A DNA stretch of 64,000 nucleotides from assembly GCA_035455275.1 (NCBI GenBank), contig DATIFO010000085.1:14901-78900 (forward strand), given 5' to 3'. Of the stretch, positions 61,930 through 64,000 are shown piece after piece. The translations under genes were made by a program, and so were the position numbers. The stretch is from Candidatus Methylomirabilis sp. GTDB lineage: Bacteria > Methylomirabilota > Methylomirabilia > Methylomirabilales > 2-02-FULL-66-22. Within the stretch, counting starts at the first letter, position 1. Each line of letters opens with the position of its first letter. The notes under the pieces were generated by a model. The model did not search any database. It saw only the letters and a list, made by a program, of their open reading frames with translations, and had not been told where the DNA came from.

Positions 61930-63855
61930 ATGGCTCCTGCCCTAGAGGCCCTGTTCAGCCCCGGCACCATCGGCAGCATGTCCGTGAGGAACCGGATCCA
62001 CATGCCGCCCATGGGCACGAACTACGCGACATGGACCGGTACCGTGACCGATCGCTTGATCGCCTATCACGCCGAGCGTGCGCGGGGTGGAGTCGGCCTC
62101 ATCACCGTGGAGTACTCCTACGTTCACCCCACGGGCCGGATCTCCTATTACGCCCTGGGGGTCCATGACGACGCGCTGATCCCGGGGCTGCGGCGTCTGA
62201 CCAGCGCCATCCACGCCGAGGGCGCCAGGGTGAGCATCCAGATCGCGCATGCCGGCCGCCGGGCCAAGAGCGCCATCACGGGAACCCAGCCGCTGGCGCC
62301 TTCCCCCATCCCCTGCATCGGGGGGGAGGTCCCCCGGGAGCTGTCTCCCGCCGAGATCCAGAACGTGATTTCCTGGTTCGTGCAGGCTGCCCGGCGGGTG
62401 CAGGAGGCCGGGTTCGATGCGGTCACGCTGCACCTCGCCGCCGGATATCTGCTGGAGAGCTTCATCTCCCCCTATGCCAACCGACGGGCAGACCAGTACG
62501 GGGGCAGCCTGGAGGGGCGACTGCGGCTGCCGCTGGAGATCCTGGAGCGGATTCGGCGAGAGGTGGGAGCGGAGTTCCCCGTCATCTGCCGCCTGTGCGT
62601 GGATGAGTTTGTGGAAGGGGGCTTGACGCTCGCCGACGCCCAGCGGATGGCCCAGCTGCTGGAGCGCGCCGGGATCGCTGCGATCGACACGGTCGCCGGC
62701 ATCCCCGAGACCATGTACGCCGTCGGGCCGCCCATGGCCGTGCCCCGAGGCTGGCTCGTGTCCCACGCCCAGGCGATCAAGGCGGTGGTCCGCATCCCGG
62801 TCTTTGCGGTGGGCCGCATCAACGATCCACGGCTGGCCGAACAGATCCTCCAGGAGGGCAAGGCCGATTTCATCTCCATGGGCCGCCCCCTTCTGGCCGA
62901 TCCTCACCTCCCCAACAAGGCCCGGGAGGGACGCTTCGAGGACATCTGCCCGTGCATCGCCTGCAACGAGGGCTGCTTTCAGCGCCTCTACAGCCAGCTG
63001 GATATCAGTTGCGTCGTGAACCCCCGCGTGGGGCGCGAGCCGCTCTTTCCCGCCGAGCCGGCGCCCCAGTCCAGGCGCATCCTGGTTGTGGGCGGGGGGC
63101 CAGCCGGGATGATGGCCGCGCTCACCGCCGCGGCGCGGGGGCACCAGGTCACCTTGTGCGAAAGCCAGACACGCCTGGGCGGGCAATTGTTGATGGGGGA
63201 CGTGCCTCCCCACAAGGAGGAGATTGGCACCCTGCGGGAACACCTGGTCGGGCAGATCGCGAGGGCCCGGGTCGAGACGCGATTGCAGACCACCGCCACC
63301 GAGGACCTGATCAAGGAGATCGATGCCGAGGTGGTGATCGTGGCCACCGGGGCCCGGCCGGCGGAGCCCCGCCTCCCCGTCGAGGGGGGCCGGCTCGTCT
63401 CGGCCTGGGACGTGTTGGCGGGGACGGAATCTGCCGGGGCAAAGGTCGTGGTACTGGGGGGCGGGGAGGTGGGCTGCGAGCTGGCGGAGTACCTGGCCAC
63501 CCAGGGGAAAGAGGTGGTGATCCTGGAGCTGCTGCAGGATCTCGCCCTCAACATGGAGCCCCGCGGGCGCGTGTTGCTGGTCCAGCGGCTCCGGGAGCTG
63601 GGGGTGCAGGTCCTGCTGCAGAGCCGGATGAGCGAGGTGCGGGGGGCGACGGTCGCCTACGAGCAAGGCGGGTTGACGCACCGGATCCAGGGAGTCGATA
63701 CCGTGGTGTCGGCCGTGGGCTCCACCGCCCACCGGCCGCTGGGGGAAGCGCTGCGAGTCCCGGGGGCGACGGTCCACTGCATCGGTGACTGCGTGAAACC
63801 CCGGCGCATCCTGGAGGCCATACGCGAGGGGTTCGAGCTCGCCTACGCCATCTGA
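61930..63855 (+). CDS. OYE-family NADH:flavin oxidoreductase fused to an FAD/NAD(P) domain (second paralog)
   Basis: VRNRIHMPPM, HAGR, GFDAVTLHLAAGYLLESFISP, CIACNEGC and GGGPAGM. ATG at 61930 is in frame within ORF 61816..63855. Confidence 0.9.
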   Translation: MAPALEALFSPGTIGSMSVRNRIHMPPMGTNYATWTGTVTDRLIAYHAERARGGVGLITVEYSYVHPTGRISYYALGVHDDALIPGLRRLTSAIHAEGARVSIQIAHAGRRAKSAITGTQPLAPSPIPCIGGEVPRELSPAEIQNVISWFVQAARRVQEAGFDAVTLHLAAGYLLESFISPYANRRADQYGGSLEGRLRLPLEILERIRREVGAEFPVICRLCVDEFVEGGLTLADAQRMAQLLERAGIAAIDTVAGIPETMYAVGPPMAVPRGWLVSHAQAIKAVVRIPVFAVGRINDPRLAEQILQEGKADFISMGRPLLADPHLPNKAREGRFEDICPCIACNEGCFQRLYSQLDISCVVNPRVGREPLFPAEPAPQSRRILVVGGGPAGMMAALTAAARGHQVTLCESQTRLGGQLLMGDVPPHKEEIGTLREHLVGQIARARVETRLQTTATEDLIKEIDAEVVIVATGARPAEPRLPVEGGRLVSAWDVLAGTESAGAKVVVLGGGEVGCELAEYLATQGKEVVILELLQDLALNMEPRGRVLLVQRLRELGVQVLLQSRMSEVRGATVAYEQGGLTHRIQGVDTVVSAVGSTAHRPLGEALRVPGATVHCIGDCVKPRRILEAIREGFELAYAI

Positions 63856-63947
63856 CTCTCACGAGAGTGCTGGGGGAGCGGGCACGGCGACCGGACTTGG
63901 CTGGCGCTGCCCGGATCGCGAGTCGAATGGAGAAACGGGGGATGCCC

Positions 63948-64000
63948 ATGCGTTCCAAAGCGGTTGTCCTTCACGCGTTCAACCAGCCGCTGGTGGTCGA
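63948..64000 (+). CDS. probable Zn-dependent alcohol dehydrogenase (first 17 codons only)
   Basis: MRSKAVVLHAFNQPLVV is a typical MDR-ADH N-terminus, with a GGAGAAACGGGGG SD region. Truncated by the window end. Confidence 0.4.
   Translation, partial: MRSKAVVLHAFNQPLVV

Overview
The window is a visibly GC-rich bacterial chromosomal segment; base composition was judged by eye, not computed. It holds about 58 densely packed protein-coding genes with Shine-Dalgarno sites and frequent ATGA or 4-8 nt gene overlaps. I found no rRNA, tRNA, CRISPR array, integrase, transposase or phage gene. All product calls come from motifs and family resemblance recognised by reading the translations; no database search was run.

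Gene content, left to right:
- A PilZ gene running off the left edge.
- A methyltransferase, polyprenol-P-mannose synthase and DUF2723 (TMEM260-like) glycosyltransferase operon.
- A small Zn-ribbon ORF and a Tat/lipoprotein of unknown function.
- A 592-aa orphan protein followed by an SDR oxidoreductase.
- A GH88-like hydrolase.
- An alpha-glucan operon: GT4/5 synthase, Cys-rich miniprotein, DUF4912 and a GH57 branching enzyme.
- An M23 peptidase, alkaline phosphatase, PfkB kinase and a Zn-dependent alcohol dehydrogenase.
- A minus-strand string of TauE, two small hypotheticals, a corrinoid protein, a URO-D-type methyltransferase, DUF1638 and RidA.
- A polar amino-acid ABC operon with an argininosuccinate-lyase-family gene embedded in it.
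- HDOD, a QueG-like Fe-S protein, CinA and a PLP decarboxylase.
- A large paralog-rich oxidoreductase and transport region (36-64 kb).

Most interesting observations:
1. An eight-gene operon (38149-46455) combines a PrpF isomerase, an archaeal-type LeuCD hydro-lyase, a split ComDE-like TPP decarboxylase, an Ldh_2 (ComC-family) dehydrogenase, an LLM and an OYE/dienoyl reductase. I know of no described pathway with this combination.
2. A frameshifted C-terminal relic of a bacterial-type leuD is fused by an ATGA overlap to an intact leuB. This implies loss of the canonical leuCD.
3. A corrinoid methyltransferase module with DUF1638 is bracketed by GGTTCG-type short-period repeats. One of these is a (CGGCTCG)x4 heptamer tract inside a coding region.
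4. A 182-bp MITE-like structured element supplies the stop codon of a gene.
5. A recurrent promoter architecture, TTGACAC-N17-19-(C/T)ATGCT, often preceded by a T-run, stands in front of at least six operons.
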